The notes: generated from the sequence alone by a model not told the origin. Shown: positions 29,017-38,402, counted from the stretch's first letter. The stretch: DNA of 64,000 bases from Planctomycetaceae bacterium (GCA_040375295.1 JBEISR010000004.1:122584-186583); one strand, 5' to 3'. Numbers and translations are program-made.

Positions 29017-29622
29017 TTGCTGAAGGAAAAAGTGTCGCCAGCCCCAGGGAGCATTCTCGTGAAGCAAGTCTTGATCATCGTCGGCGATGCCACCGAAACG
29101 CTCGATACGATGTATCCCTTTTACCGGCTGATCGAAGCGGGTATGAAGCCGGTGGTGGCAGGTCCGCAGAAGCGACGTTTTCAGATGGTGCTTCATGAAG
29201 TCAAGCCAGGATGGACGATCACCAAGGAATGGGAGGGGTACACGATCGAGGCGGATATCGCATTCGACGAGGTCGACCCCACACGGTATGCGGGGATCTT
29301 CTTCTCTGGCGGAAGGGCGCCGGAGTACATTCGGGATGATCCCCACCTGATCGCCATGACCCGGTACTTCTTTGAAAAGGGAAGACCGATCGGCAGCGTT
29401 TGTCATGGCGTCGAGATTCCCGCTCGGGCCGACTGCGTGCGAGGCAGGCGGATGGCGACGGTGGCCAAGTGTCGGTTCGACCTGGAGGTGTGCGGAGGCA
29501 TCTACGTCGATGCTCCCTGCGTGATCGACGGCAATCTGGTCAGCGGCAGAACGTTCCACGACAACGGCCATTTCGTCGGTCCCTGGATCCGATTGTTGGA
29601 ACAGATGGACAACCCGTCATGA
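29017..29622 (+). CDS. DJ-1/PfpI family protein
   Basis: TTG start 15 nt after the moxR stop. The nucleophile elbow is IGSVCHGVEI, and the Cys-His pair is conserved. Confidence 0.85.
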   Translation: MLKEKVSPAPGSILVKQVLIIVGDATETLDTMYPFYRLIEAGMKPVVAGPQKRRFQMVLHEVKPGWTITKEWEGYTIEADIAFDEVDPTRYAGIFFSGGRAPEYIRDDPHLIAMTRYFFEKGRPIGSVCHGVEIPARADCVRGRRMATVAKCRFDLEVCGGIYVDAPCVIDGNLVSGRTFHDNGHFVGPWIRLLEQMDNPS

Positions 29623-29955
29623 CGAGCCTCAGGAGATGATTGGTGATCGGACAGCAATGGCCAATGACCAGCAGAGAAACCTGTATTTCAGTGCGTGTGT
29701 TTCTCTCTTCAGCCAGGAACACAGGCGGGAGAGCCGCGCAACCCCTCGTTTTAACGGCGCCAGAGCTTCCTTTTCGGGAGGGAATCTTTGGTGACTCTGC
29801 CGTTTTTGAAATGACCCATTACAATCGAAGCAAGCCGGAAGACGGAAGGTCTCGTCGTTGAAACCACGGTGGGGATGCTGGGGATCTGAAGATGGCCAGC
29901 AGCTGTTCTCTCAACCGCTTGATAGCCAGCAACGGAAGCTGTCTGTTGGGAGCCC

Positions 29956-30690
29956 ATGAAGCTTCTCAGACGCGTTCGTTACGTCTCATTAGGGAGTTGT
30001 TCATTCATGGGAAATCTGGTTCGTGGATTGCTTGCGAATGTGATTCAACCATTCCTGCTGGGTCGGGGGATGGCGCTGGCCTCGTTCCCGAAGGATCTTC
30101 CAATTCTGCGTGATGCGAAGCTCAGGGAAAAGATGGATCTATTCCGAGTGGGGACCCTTCAGTATCTTCGCGACGAAATCTACGAGAACAAAGTCCCCGG
30201 CGACATCGCTGAATTGGGAGTCTACCGCGGCGACTTTGCTCGTTATATCAACGTGCTTTTCCCGGATCGAAAGTTCTATCTCTTTGATACCTTTGAAGGA
30301 TTTTCAGAGAAGGATCAGCAGACGGAGCGACAGAAAAGTTTCTCTGCGGGGAAACCGGGGTTTCAATCGACCAGCGTGGAGCTGGTGTTAAGCAAACTGA
30401 AACATCGGGAACAAGCGATTGTCAAACAGGGTTACTTCCCGGAGAGTGCAGCGGGTGTCGACGCAAGATTTGCGTTCGTGAGCCTAGATCCGGATCTCTA
30501 CGAACCGACTCTTGCCGGCCTGAATTACTTCGTACCGCGGATCAATCCGGGTGGGTTTATCTTTATCCATGATTACACCAATCCGGAGTATAAGGGCGCA
30601 CGGGTGGCAGTGCAGGAATTCTGCAAAGCCAATGGACTTCGGCATGTTCCGATCGCTGATGGCTTTGGCAGCACTATCATTGCGGTTTGA
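29956..30690 (+). CDS. TylF/MycF-family class I SAM-dependent methyltransferase
   Basis: GDIAELGVYRGDFARYI and LFDTFEGF match the TylF pattern. An alternative start is at 30007. Confidence 0.78.
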   Translation: MKLLRRVRYVSLGSCSFMGNLVRGLLANVIQPFLLGRGMALASFPKDLPILRDAKLREKMDLFRVGTLQYLRDEIYENKVPGDIAELGVYRGDFARYINVLFPDRKFYLFDTFEGFSEKDQQTERQKSFSAGKPGFQSTSVELVLSKLKHREQAIVKQGYFPESAAGVDARFAFVSLDPDLYEPTLAGLNYFVPRINPGGFIFIHDYTNPEYKGARVAVQEFCKANGLRHVPIADGFGSTIIAV

Positions 30691-30800
30691 TCGTGTAGGA
30701 GTGCGATCGCTCAGAGGCTGTTGCCTTGCGGGACCTGAGTGGCTGACGGGATGATTCATTTACGAATTGATGGGATCGTTCCGAGGGAGAAGACCAGCCC

Positions 30801-31247
30801 ATGTTGCAGGATGGAAACTGGTTGCTTTGGGCTCTTATGTCGGCGATCTTTGCTTCGATGACCGCCATCTTGGCGAAGGTAGGGGTTCGCCACGTCGATG
30901 CGGATCTGGCCACTCTGATTCGGACGATTGTGGTGGCCTTGGTTTTGGCGCCCCTGGTATTCTTCACCGGCAAGTGGATTCCCCCATGGCAGTTGCCCGG
31001 TAGCTCCCTGCTCTTTTTGTTCCTTTCTGCGTTGGCGACGGGCGCGTCGTGGGTCTGTTACTTTCGCGCGCTCCAACTGGGGGACGCATCCCTGGTGGCG
31101 CCGGTGGACAAGCTGAGTCTCGTGGGCGTGGTGCTCTTTGCCTTCGCGTTGCTCGGAGAGCGACCTCAGTGGCACCAATGGCTTGGGATCGCCATGGTGG
31201 CTGGGGGAGTGCTGCTGGTGGCCATCCGTTTCAGCCCTGCCCGATGA
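30801..31247 (+). CDS. EamA-family (DMT) small transporter
   Basis: 148 aa with about 5 TM helices and an EamA-like C-terminal helix pattern (GIAMVAGGVLLV). Confidence 0.65.
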   Translation: MLQDGNWLLWALMSAIFASMTAILAKVGVRHVDADLATLIRTIVVALVLAPLVFFTGKWIPPWQLPGSSLLFLFLSALATGASWVCYFRALQLGDASLVAPVDKLSLVGVVLFAFALLGERPQWHQWLGIAMVAGGVLLVAIRFSPAR

Positions 31248-31267
31248 ATCGATCGGTGGCAGTCTTT

Positions 31268-33400
31268 TCATTCGGATGGCTGGGATGCGCTGGCCTCGAC
31301 CTGCAGAATCAGCCCGCAGATGCCGCCTAGAGATGTTTGCCACAGGTAAGGGAGATAGCGAATCATCCAGTCGGCTTTTTGGAGGAGTTTTTGGGGTGGC
31401 CCATCGTCCGCAAAAGCGGCTAGCCAGTGGCTGATGCGAACTCGATCGGCGATGGGCCAGGGGTGCATGGCCGGCCCCAGTCGCTCATCGATCTGATCGA
31501 TCAGAGAGCGAAGGTTCGACAGGTGGTTCTGCAAGATCAGATCGGTTGCGGGGTCGGCGGAATCGGCGATGCATCGAGCCAGTCTCTGAGCTGAATAGTC
31601 GAGGTGGTGTTGCATCGCATTGCCGGAAGCTAGGCATGTTCGAAAACGTTCCAACACCTGGGCGCAACGGAGGGCATGGAGGCGGTAAGCTTCTGGGGAT
31701 GGTGTGAGGCGACTGGCGATGCGCGGATGGGCGGTCAATTGGAAAGCCAAGGTGGCACGCCGTCCCAGTAGTTTCCACCACCGCGCCGCTTCCGGCAGAT
31801 CCTTCCAAATCGCTTCCCACTCTTTTGCCCATCCATCCAACGGCGAATCAATATTCCCATCGGGTAGTGGATGGCCTGGAAGCCAAGTCGCTTTCCTGTG
31901 CTTCCAATGGTCCATCTGACGCAGCATCGCATCCCGGTTCACCGCCATCTCTCTGGCGCTGGAAAAAAGCTCTTGACGAACTTCGGAAGGGGACTGATTA
32001 CCCAGGTACGATGGAATATCCCACTCGAAGTCGACCGGAAATGGCTCGATAGGACCGGCGAGGGCCAGAAGTGACTGAAGGGCATGTCGCTGAGCGGTGT
32101 GGCGTGCGATCCAGAGGGGCGGATCGCAGGGGATCAGAGAGTCGGGAGGGATGGAGCCAGAGTCGGTCATCCGACCCAGCATCGCGTCAGTCAATTGCAG
32201 GTCGATCATCTGGCACGATTCCACCGATCCCAGCAACTTCCATGCAGGGGCATTCGATACGATTCTGCCTGGTGCCGCCATCTGTTCCACCTTCGCGATG
32301 CGAAGGGAAAGGGGAGGGTGAGTCCCATGCGACTGATCGAGATCCTTCTGGGTCAGCGAGCGGGTCCAAGCATGCTGCGGCTGGGTTTCCTGCAGCGAGC
32401 GCAGATGGATCACAAGGTCGGCCAGTCGTTCGATGCGCAAAAGTTCGAGCGCAGCGATCTGGGCGGAGGGGAGGGTCTGAGCGGACGCGGCCGAGAGGTG
32501 CATCAGTTCCAGGAGTGTGGCTGCAAAGCAATCGCTGCCTGCCACCTCCGCCTCGGCTTCATCGGCTTCATACTCCAAGGGATGTGTCAGCCAGCCAAGC
32601 GATCGTTCGAAGCTGGGAAGGATCTGGCGCCAAAGGGCACGTGGTAGATGGCGGAGGAACTGTGCCATGCGGGCAGGCCAAGCGAGTCGAAGATCGCGAT
32701 CGACGGTTGCCTCATTCAGCCATCGATCCAGAGGGCTGACCCGGATAGACCATTGGCTGGTGCGCTGGATGGTCTGGCCGACAGCGGCTGCCATCCGGGC
32801 GGCCCAGCCTTGCTGAAAATGCCTTAGTTCGTGAGCCACCACACCGGCCAACTGCCGCTCGCTGAGCGACATCAGGAGCGGGAGTCCCAACTGCACCACA
32901 CGCAGAGGCCCGGAGGAATTTGAAACGGTCGAGTTGGCTAGATTCCGTTTGGCAAAGGTACGGGATTGGGCGGAGGCATTAACCTGCAGATCGAGGACGG
33001 CAGCATCGGGGGGTGGCGCCCCCAGCATGTTGGCCACCTCGTCCATCAGTCGGTAGAGCTCTGGAGCTTCGCTTCTTTCGATCCAGCGTTCGATCGGGGT
33101 AGAGCTGGGCTTGGGGACAGGCCAATAGAGTTCCAAGGGCGCTGCTGCGATCCATGCCACCGGCAGCAGGAGCAGCCACAGCAAGAGTCGAACTGCGATC
33201 GAGTCGCTGAGGGCAGGCACCAGCCAAATGGAAGCCGCCAGGATCGCCAGGAGAGTGGCCACGGGAACCATTAGCAGCACCAAATGGACCGCAAACAAGG
33301 CGGCCAGTTGCCATCCTGCCAGTCCCAAGCGACGCAAGCTACCTAGAGGCTTGTTGCTGCCGTGGTGTTGGGGTGTGTCCTGTCGGTACCTCGTCTGCAT
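31268..33400 (-). CDS. membrane-anchored M48-like metallopeptidase with a long helical C-terminal region
   Basis: ORF 31268-33490, with a likely start MQTRYRQ at 33400. It has N-terminal TM helices, the HExxH motif VVAHELRHF and a downstream PLEYEADEAE that fits the M48 third-ligand region. Confidence 0.6.
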   Translation of the reverse strand: MQTRYRQDTPQHHGSNKPLGSLRRLGLAGWQLAALFAVHLVLLMVPVATLLAILAASIWLVPALSDSIAVRLLLWLLLLPVAWIAAAPLELYWPVPKPSSTPIERWIERSEAPELYRLMDEVANMLGAPPPDAAVLDLQVNASAQSRTFAKRNLANSTVSNSSGPLRVVQLGLPLLMSLSERQLAGVVAHELRHFQQGWAARMAAAVGQTIQRTSQWSIRVSPLDRWLNEATVDRDLRLAWPARMAQFLRHLPRALWRQILPSFERSLGWLTHPLEYEADEAEAEVAGSDCFAATLLELMHLSAASAQTLPSAQIAALELLRIERLADLVIHLRSLQETQPQHAWTRSLTQKDLDQSHGTHPPLSLRIAKVEQMAAPGRIVSNAPAWKLLGSVESCQMIDLQLTDAMLGRMTDSGSIPPDSLIPCDPPLWIARHTAQRHALQSLLALAGPIEPFPVDFEWDIPSYLGNQSPSEVRQELFSSAREMAVNRDAMLRQMDHWKHRKATWLPGHPLPDGNIDSPLDGWAKEWEAIWKDLPEAARWWKLLGRRATLAFQLTAHPRIASRLTPSPEAYRLHALRCAQVLERFRTCLASGNAMQHHLDYSAQRLARCIADSADPATDLILQNHLSNLRSLIDQIDERLGPAMHPWPIADRVRISHWLAAFADDGPPQKLLQKADWMIRYLPYLWQTSLGGICGLILQVEASASQPSE

Positions 33401-33716
33401 CGATGGTTCCAAGTCGAGCGAGGGGGGAAATGGATTCCCTGACGCTCCATCGTATCGGTCTGGACAGTCGCAGGGGGCGGGCAGAAGCAAAAAGGGTTGT
33501 CGCTGGTTCCCATGGGAGCCCAGCAGTTATTCGGCTCCCGCGGCCTGGATATCGCGAAGGGGGGCTGGGTATCCGCTAGGGTCGAACTGGCGATCGGTTG
33601 GCAGTTGGTGATGCCAAGGTCAGAGTCTACAATGAAGGGAGGTTGGTGGAGGCGGTATGGGATCGCCCTTTTCGGACGGACGATCGATTTTAAAAAAGGG
33701 CAGATGGACGCATCCG

Positions 33717-34451
33717 ATGGCCAACGAATCTCAGGGGGTGGATGCGAAGACCTATGAGGATCTTCAGCGGCGGTACCATGAACTGGCGGAGTTGGCCGGT
33801 TCGTTGGCTCACGAGATCAAGAATCCGCTTTCCGTCATCCACATGAACGTCGATTTGCTTAGCGAGGAGCTAGTCGAGTGCCAGGTTCCTGGATTGCGTC
33901 GATCGATGGCCAAGGTCGATATGATCCGGCACCAGTGCGAGCGGATGGAGACCTTGCTGAGGGATTTTCTGCGGTACGCTCGGATGCGCGATCTGGAGAT
34001 GACGCCGGGTGACTTGAACGAGCAGATCAACACGGTGCTGAAGCTCTATCAGGCACAGGCGACCAAGTTGGGTGTCGAGATCGTCCGTTACCTCGACCCA
34101 AACCTTCCCTCCATCATGCTCCATAGCGACTCCCTCCAGGCGGCTCTGATCAATCTGGTAAAGAATGCCTTGGAAGCGATGCCTGAAGGAGGGCAACTGG
34201 TGGTGCGCAGCCACGCGACGGCCGGTGGCGTAGCGCTGGATTTGATCGACACCGGTTGCGGGATGGACGAGAACACAGCGATGAATATGTTCGAGCCCTT
34301 TTACTCGACTAAGGCAGGTGGATCTGGGTTGGGGCTGCCGACCGCGCGAAAGATCATCGAGGCGCACGGTGGACGGATACGCGTCCAGAGCGAACTGGAT
34401 CGCGGGACGAAATTCGTTCTGGAGTTCCCCATGCCGGTGCGGCTGCGATGA
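33717..34451 (+). CDS. cytoplasmic histidine kinase (HisKA + HATPase_c only)
   Basis: ORF 33657-34451, with a likely start MANESQG at 33717. The H-box is SLAHEIKNPLS, the N-box LVKNALEAM and the G-boxes DTGCGMD and GGSGLGLPTARKIIEAHGG. I see no TM or sensor domain. Confidence 0.85.
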   Translation: MANESQGVDAKTYEDLQRRYHELAELAGSLAHEIKNPLSVIHMNVDLLSEELVECQVPGLRRSMAKVDMIRHQCERMETLLRDFLRYARMRDLEMTPGDLNEQINTVLKLYQAQATKLGVEIVRYLDPNLPSIMLHSDSLQAALINLVKNALEAMPEGGQLVVRSHATAGGVALDLIDTGCGMDENTAMNMFEPFYSTKAGGSGLGLPTARKIIEAHGGRIRVQSELDRGTKFVLEFPMPVRLR

Positions 34452-37400
34452 ATAGCAGACGGGATGGCCAGGACGGATCGGGTGATCGATCCAGTCGGTG
34501 GATTCCCGGTGCGCGGCTGGCCGATGGGGCTATGGAGGGAAGTTGGTGGCGTCCGGCTGAAGAAGACCAGGGCGGTTTGGATGGCACGATTCTGTGCACG
34601 CTTTGCCCACGTCAGTGCATGCTGAAGCCAGGGGATCGAGGGTTCTGTTTCGTGCGAGAGAATCGCGACGGCCGAATGGTGCTGAGCACTTTCGGACGCA
34701 GCACTGGACTTTGCATCGATCCGATTGAAAAAAAGCCACTTTTCCATTTCTACCCGGGAACCAGCGTGCTTTCGCTGGGGACGGCGGGATGCAACCTGGG
34801 ATGCAAGTTCTGCCAGAACTGGGATATCTCCAAAAGTCGGCAGGTGGAGCGGCTTAGTGCGAAGGCAGAGCCAGATCAGATCGTGGCTGCGGCGCTGGAG
34901 CATCGATGCCGCAGCGTCGCCTTCACCTACAACGACCCGGTGGTGTGGGCCGAATACGCGATCGCCACGGCGAGGGCGTGTCGGCAGGCCGGTGTTGCTG
35001 CCGTGGCTGTCACGGCCGGCTATATCCAGCCGGAGGCGCGGGGCCCATTTTTTGAGGCAATGGATGCGACCAACATCGATCTGAAAGGGTTCACCGAATC
35101 GTTCTACTGGAAGACCACCTCGGCTCATTTGCAGCCGGTTCTGGACACGATCCGGTATGTCCATCGCGAAACCGATTGCTGGATGGAACTGACCAACCTG
35201 ATGATTCCTGGAGTCAACGACTCCCCGGACGATTTTCGAAGGATGTGTGAGTGGATTCTTGGGAACGTCGGGGATCGGGTGCCGTTGCATCTTACGGCGT
35301 TTCATCCCGATTTCCGGATGATGGATCGTCCGCCCACGCCGCTGGAAACTCTTCTGGAAGCCCACCAGATCGCCATCGGTTGCGGGCTGAAGTATATCTA
35401 TATTGGCAATGTGGCCAACGACCACCAGTCGACCCGATGTCCACACTGCGGGCATCCGGTTGTACTTCGACACGGCTACACGATCGATGCGTATCACCTG
35501 ACCGATGGAAACTGCAGCGCATGTGGCGGTACGATTGCAGGTCGCTGGGGTGCTGCAGTGGGTCGTTGGGGGGCACGTCGACAGCCGATTTCCATCGCAA
35601 ATCAAATTTCTTCTCCTCAAGGACTTCATGGCATGCAGCCGTCGAACCCCTCGGTGACGCTTCCCGAATGGACCATCGATCAATGGAGAGTTATTCATCG
35701 ACAGGCAGCACGATGGCTGGCGCTCTCCGCGATGCAGCAGACGCTGCCTAGCGAGCCGGCTTCGGAGGAGCTGACCGAGCTGGCGGGGGTGGAGTTGGAG
35801 GGATGCTTTGTCAGCGTCCGGCGCGGAAAATTGCTGCGTGGATGTTGCGGCAGTTTGGGGCGAGGTCGATTGGAAGATCAGCTGCGTACCTGCAGCTACC
35901 GCACCGCCTGCGAAGACCATCGCATGGCGTCGCTGTCTCCTATCGAGCTGCAGTATCTGGACCTCGAAGTCACCGTTCTGGGGCCCTGTGAGCCGCTGCT
36001 GGGTGGGGCCGATCAGTGGCCAAGTCAGATCGTGCTGGGAACCCATGGTCTGCGACTGCGATATCGCGATCACCAGGGCGTGTTGCTGGTGTCGGTTCCG
36101 ATCGAACAAGGGTGGAACGTCGAGCAGTTTCTAGGAGGGCTCTGCAGGAAAGCGGGACTGCAGGAGAGAGCATGGAAGGAATTGCCGGTGACGATAGAGC
36201 GGTTCGAGGGGCGGGTTCACGGAGCGCCGCTGATCGATGCATTGCCGGAGCTTCCCAAAACGGCTCGGCGAGGCACCATCCATCCGGATCAGGTGAAAAA
36301 CCTGAGGGCCTTAGTCGGGAGCAACATGCTGGCGATCGCTCAGGGAGCCACGCCATCGTACACCGCTCCCGATCTTCCCGACGGTACGGTTCAAGGACTG
36401 GTCCTGTCGCTGTGGGAGGAGGGGGCAGCGAGTGCCATGGCGCACCTGATCCGCCTCAGTTTGCGCCCTGGAGTCCCATTGCAGTCGACCCTTTTCGAAC
36501 TGGCCAAAACCGCGTCGCAAATTCTTCAGCAAGCAAGGCCCGGTCGACATCTGCAGGTACAGGTGGAACTGGCGGTGCTGACCGATCCGGTTCCGATCGG
36601 TGGGACGCTTGCTAACGAACGATGGGCAGGCAGGACTCCCTCGGTGGCCGACCTGGAGGAAAGTGGCTTGGATTGGCGAGGGCATGATCCTGGTCGTCGC
36701 GCAATCGTCGCCATGCAGGGAGGAGAGCGGGTATCGGTCACGTGGGATGCTTTCTCCACACCCGACGCCCTCATCGATCAGGGGCTCCAGCATCTGACGC
36801 GCCGCGCAGCCCCCGTGACGATCTATTCGATGGCGGTGGTCGCCACCAAGCCGCAGGGGATCGCGACCAGTGCGGCTGGAGCTCAGATGGGACCTGGGAT
36901 CCGTCCACCCGCCGTGGCGGGTAGCTTTTATCCGGCGACCGACGAGGAACGATGGCATGGGGAAGCTCCATGGATCGTCCAGGCACCTGCCGATCGGCAG
37001 TCGGTGCTGGCAGCCATGGTGCCTCATGCTGGCTGGGGGTACTGCGGGAAGATTGTCAGCGAGCTGTTTTCGTCGATCGAGTTTCCGAAGTCGGTTTTGC
37101 TGATTGGCCCCAAGCATACGCGAGAAGGGGTCGACTGGGCGGTCAGTCCGCACCGAGCCTGGGAGATTCCCGACAGCACTCCGATGGAAGTCGACCTGCC
37201 GCTCACCGAGCAGATTGCCACGCACGTAACCGGGATGCAATTGGATGTCGCGGCCCATCGTAGGGAACACGGAATCGAAGTGCTGCTGCCGATGCTGAAG
37301 CGGTGGAGCCCTTCCAGTCGCGTCGCGGCGATGGTTTTGGCGGACGGGTCCTGGAGTGAGATCCAGAGGGCAGCCGTGGAGTTGGCCGAAGTGATTCGAC

Positions 37401-37750
37401 GCCAGGCGACCAGACCGCTGCTGGTGGTCTCCTCCGACTTGAATCATTACGCGGCGGATGCCGAGAACCGACGGCGCGATGCGATGGCGCTGGAAGCGAT
37501 TCAGACGGGGGATCCCGAGCAATTGCTGGCGGTCTGTCGCGAGCAGCGGATCAGCATGTGCGGAGTCATTCCGGCGGCGCTGGTGATGGAGACGCTGCGG
37601 CAATTGGGATGCGATGCCCGATGGCATCTGCAACGTTACGCTACCAGCGCTGATGCGGGGGGGGATCCCCGCCGGGTTGTCGGCTATGCGGGAGGCTACT
37701 GGCTGAATGCATCCAATCCACCGCAAGTCCAGGAGGCTAGATCCTCATGA
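34448..37750 (+). CDS. fusion protein: AmmeMemoRadiSam-type radical SAM enzyme + AMMECR1 domain + unassigned module + Memo domain
   Basis: The N-terminal part has CTLCPRQC...GFCFVREN and GCNLGCKFCQNWDIS. The middle part has GCFVSVRRGKLLRGCCGSLG and VPIEQGWNVEQFLGGLCRKAGL. The C-terminal part has AVAGSFYP, MVPHAGWGYCG, LIGPKHT, HGIEVLLPML and VVSSDLNHY. An alternative start is Met29 at 34532. Confidence 0.8.
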   Translation: MNSRRDGQDGSGDRSSRWIPGARLADGAMEGSWWRPAEEDQGGLDGTILCTLCPRQCMLKPGDRGFCFVRENRDGRMVLSTFGRSTGLCIDPIEKKPLFHFYPGTSVLSLGTAGCNLGCKFCQNWDISKSRQVERLSAKAEPDQIVAAALEHRCRSVAFTYNDPVVWAEYAIATARACRQAGVAAVAVTAGYIQPEARGPFFEAMDATNIDLKGFTESFYWKTTSAHLQPVLDTIRYVHRETDCWMELTNLMIPGVNDSPDDFRRMCEWILGNVGDRVPLHLTAFHPDFRMMDRPPTPLETLLEAHQIAIGCGLKYIYIGNVANDHQSTRCPHCGHPVVLRHGYTIDAYHLTDGNCSACGGTIAGRWGAAVGRWGARRQPISIANQISSPQGLHGMQPSNPSVTLPEWTIDQWRVIHRQAARWLALSAMQQTLPSEPASEELTELAGVELEGCFVSVRRGKLLRGCCGSLGRGRLEDQLRTCSYRTACEDHRMASLSPIELQYLDLEVTVLGPCEPLLGGADQWPSQIVLGTHGLRLRYRDHQGVLLVSVPIEQGWNVEQFLGGLCRKAGLQERAWKELPVTIERFEGRVHGAPLIDALPELPKTARRGTIHPDQVKNLRALVGSNMLAIAQGATPSYTAPDLPDGTVQGLVLSLWEEGAASAMAHLIRLSLRPGVPLQSTLFELAKTASQILQQARPGRHLQVQVELAVLTDPVPIGGTLANERWAGRTPSVADLEESGLDWRGHDPGRRAIVAMQGGERVSVTWDAFSTPDALIDQGLQHLTRRAAPVTIYSMAVVATKPQGIATSAAGAQMGPGIRPPAVAGSFYPATDEERWHGEAPWIVQAPADRQSVLAAMVPHAGWGYCGKIVSELFSSIEFPKSVLLIGPKHTREGVDWAVSPHRAWEIPDSTPMEVDLPLTEQIATHVTGMQLDVAAHRREHGIEVLLPMLKRWSPSSRVAAMVLADGSWSEIQRAAVELAEVIRRQATRPLLVVSSDLNHYAADAENRRRDAMALEAIQTGDPEQLLAVCREQRISMCGVIPAALVMETLRQLGCDARWHLQRYATSADAGGDPRRVVGYAGGYWLNASNPPQVQEARSS

Positions 37751-37772
37751 GGAACGCAGCCGAAAGGTCACG

Positions 37773-38186
37773 ATGGGAGACAACCGCTTGAAAGGAACGA
37801 AGCGCTGGGATGCCGACCACTGGAAGAGGAAGTTTCGCCAAGCTGCACGGGGAGTCCTCTGGGGGATGGAGGGGCAGTCGAGCTTTCTGGTCCACGGAGT
37901 GATGGCGGTAGCCGTATTGGTTTTCGCTGCATCGCTGCAGTGCAGTCAGTCCGAGTGGTTGCTGCTGATTCTCTGCATCGGGGGTGTGATGACGGCGGAG
38001 CTGTTCAACAGTGCGCTGGAGTGGATGGGCCGGGGGTTGTGCCGTGAAGAGAACGCGGAACTGGGGAGGGGACTGGATATCGCCAGTGGCGCTGTGCTGG
38101 TGGCTTCGATCGCGGCGGCGATCGTCGGGCTGGTGATCCTAGGTGGCCGCATCCTGTCGCTGATGGGTTTTGGGGTGGTAGAGTGA
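37773..38186 (+). CDS. dgkA: diacylglycerol kinase family protein (DgkA/undecaprenol kinase-like)
   Basis: ORF 37707-38186. The ATG at 37773 lies 22 nt after the upstream stop. FRQAARGVLWG, three TM helices and TAELFNSALE fit prokaryotic DAGK. Confidence 0.78.
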   Translation: MGDNRLKGTKRWDADHWKRKFRQAARGVLWGMEGQSSFLVHGVMAVAVLVFAASLQCSQSEWLLLILCIGGVMTAELFNSALEWMGRGLCREENAELGRGLDIASGAVLVASIAAAIVGLVILGGRILSLMGFGVVE

Positions 38187-38402
38187 ATGGGAGGGGGAGC
38201 CGGTTCCGATCCAGTTGCTTGGTCGGAAAGCTGCTATGCCTCCGATGCCGGCTCGTTGTTCCCCGTCTCGACTTCTCATAGAATCGGTGCCTTGCCCGAG
38301 ATGCTTCCACCCGCGGTTGTTGCAATGACGATCGATTAGGGATGAGCGACTGGATGCAGACGGTTGTCAGGTTGGTTTCAATGGTTGCGTGGGGGACCGC
38401 CG

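Noticed and set aside
29673-29706. 8-bp stem hairpin AGAGAAAC-N18-GTTTCTCT after the PfpI gene, considered as a terminator
   Set aside because: The loop is large, the stem is AT-rich and no T-tract follows. It is too weak to annotate.
34301-37726. Very long antisense ORFs (34301-36109 minus strand, 602 aa; 36311-37726 minus strand, 471 aa). Similar ones lie at 1403-2323, 22670-23617, 41111-42292, 49938-50933, 51845-52897 and 57616-58338
   Set aside because: Each lies opposite a gene with strong family motifs. Their translations are Arg/Pro/Gly/Ser-rich with no motifs, which is typical of shadow ORFs in GC-rich DNA.
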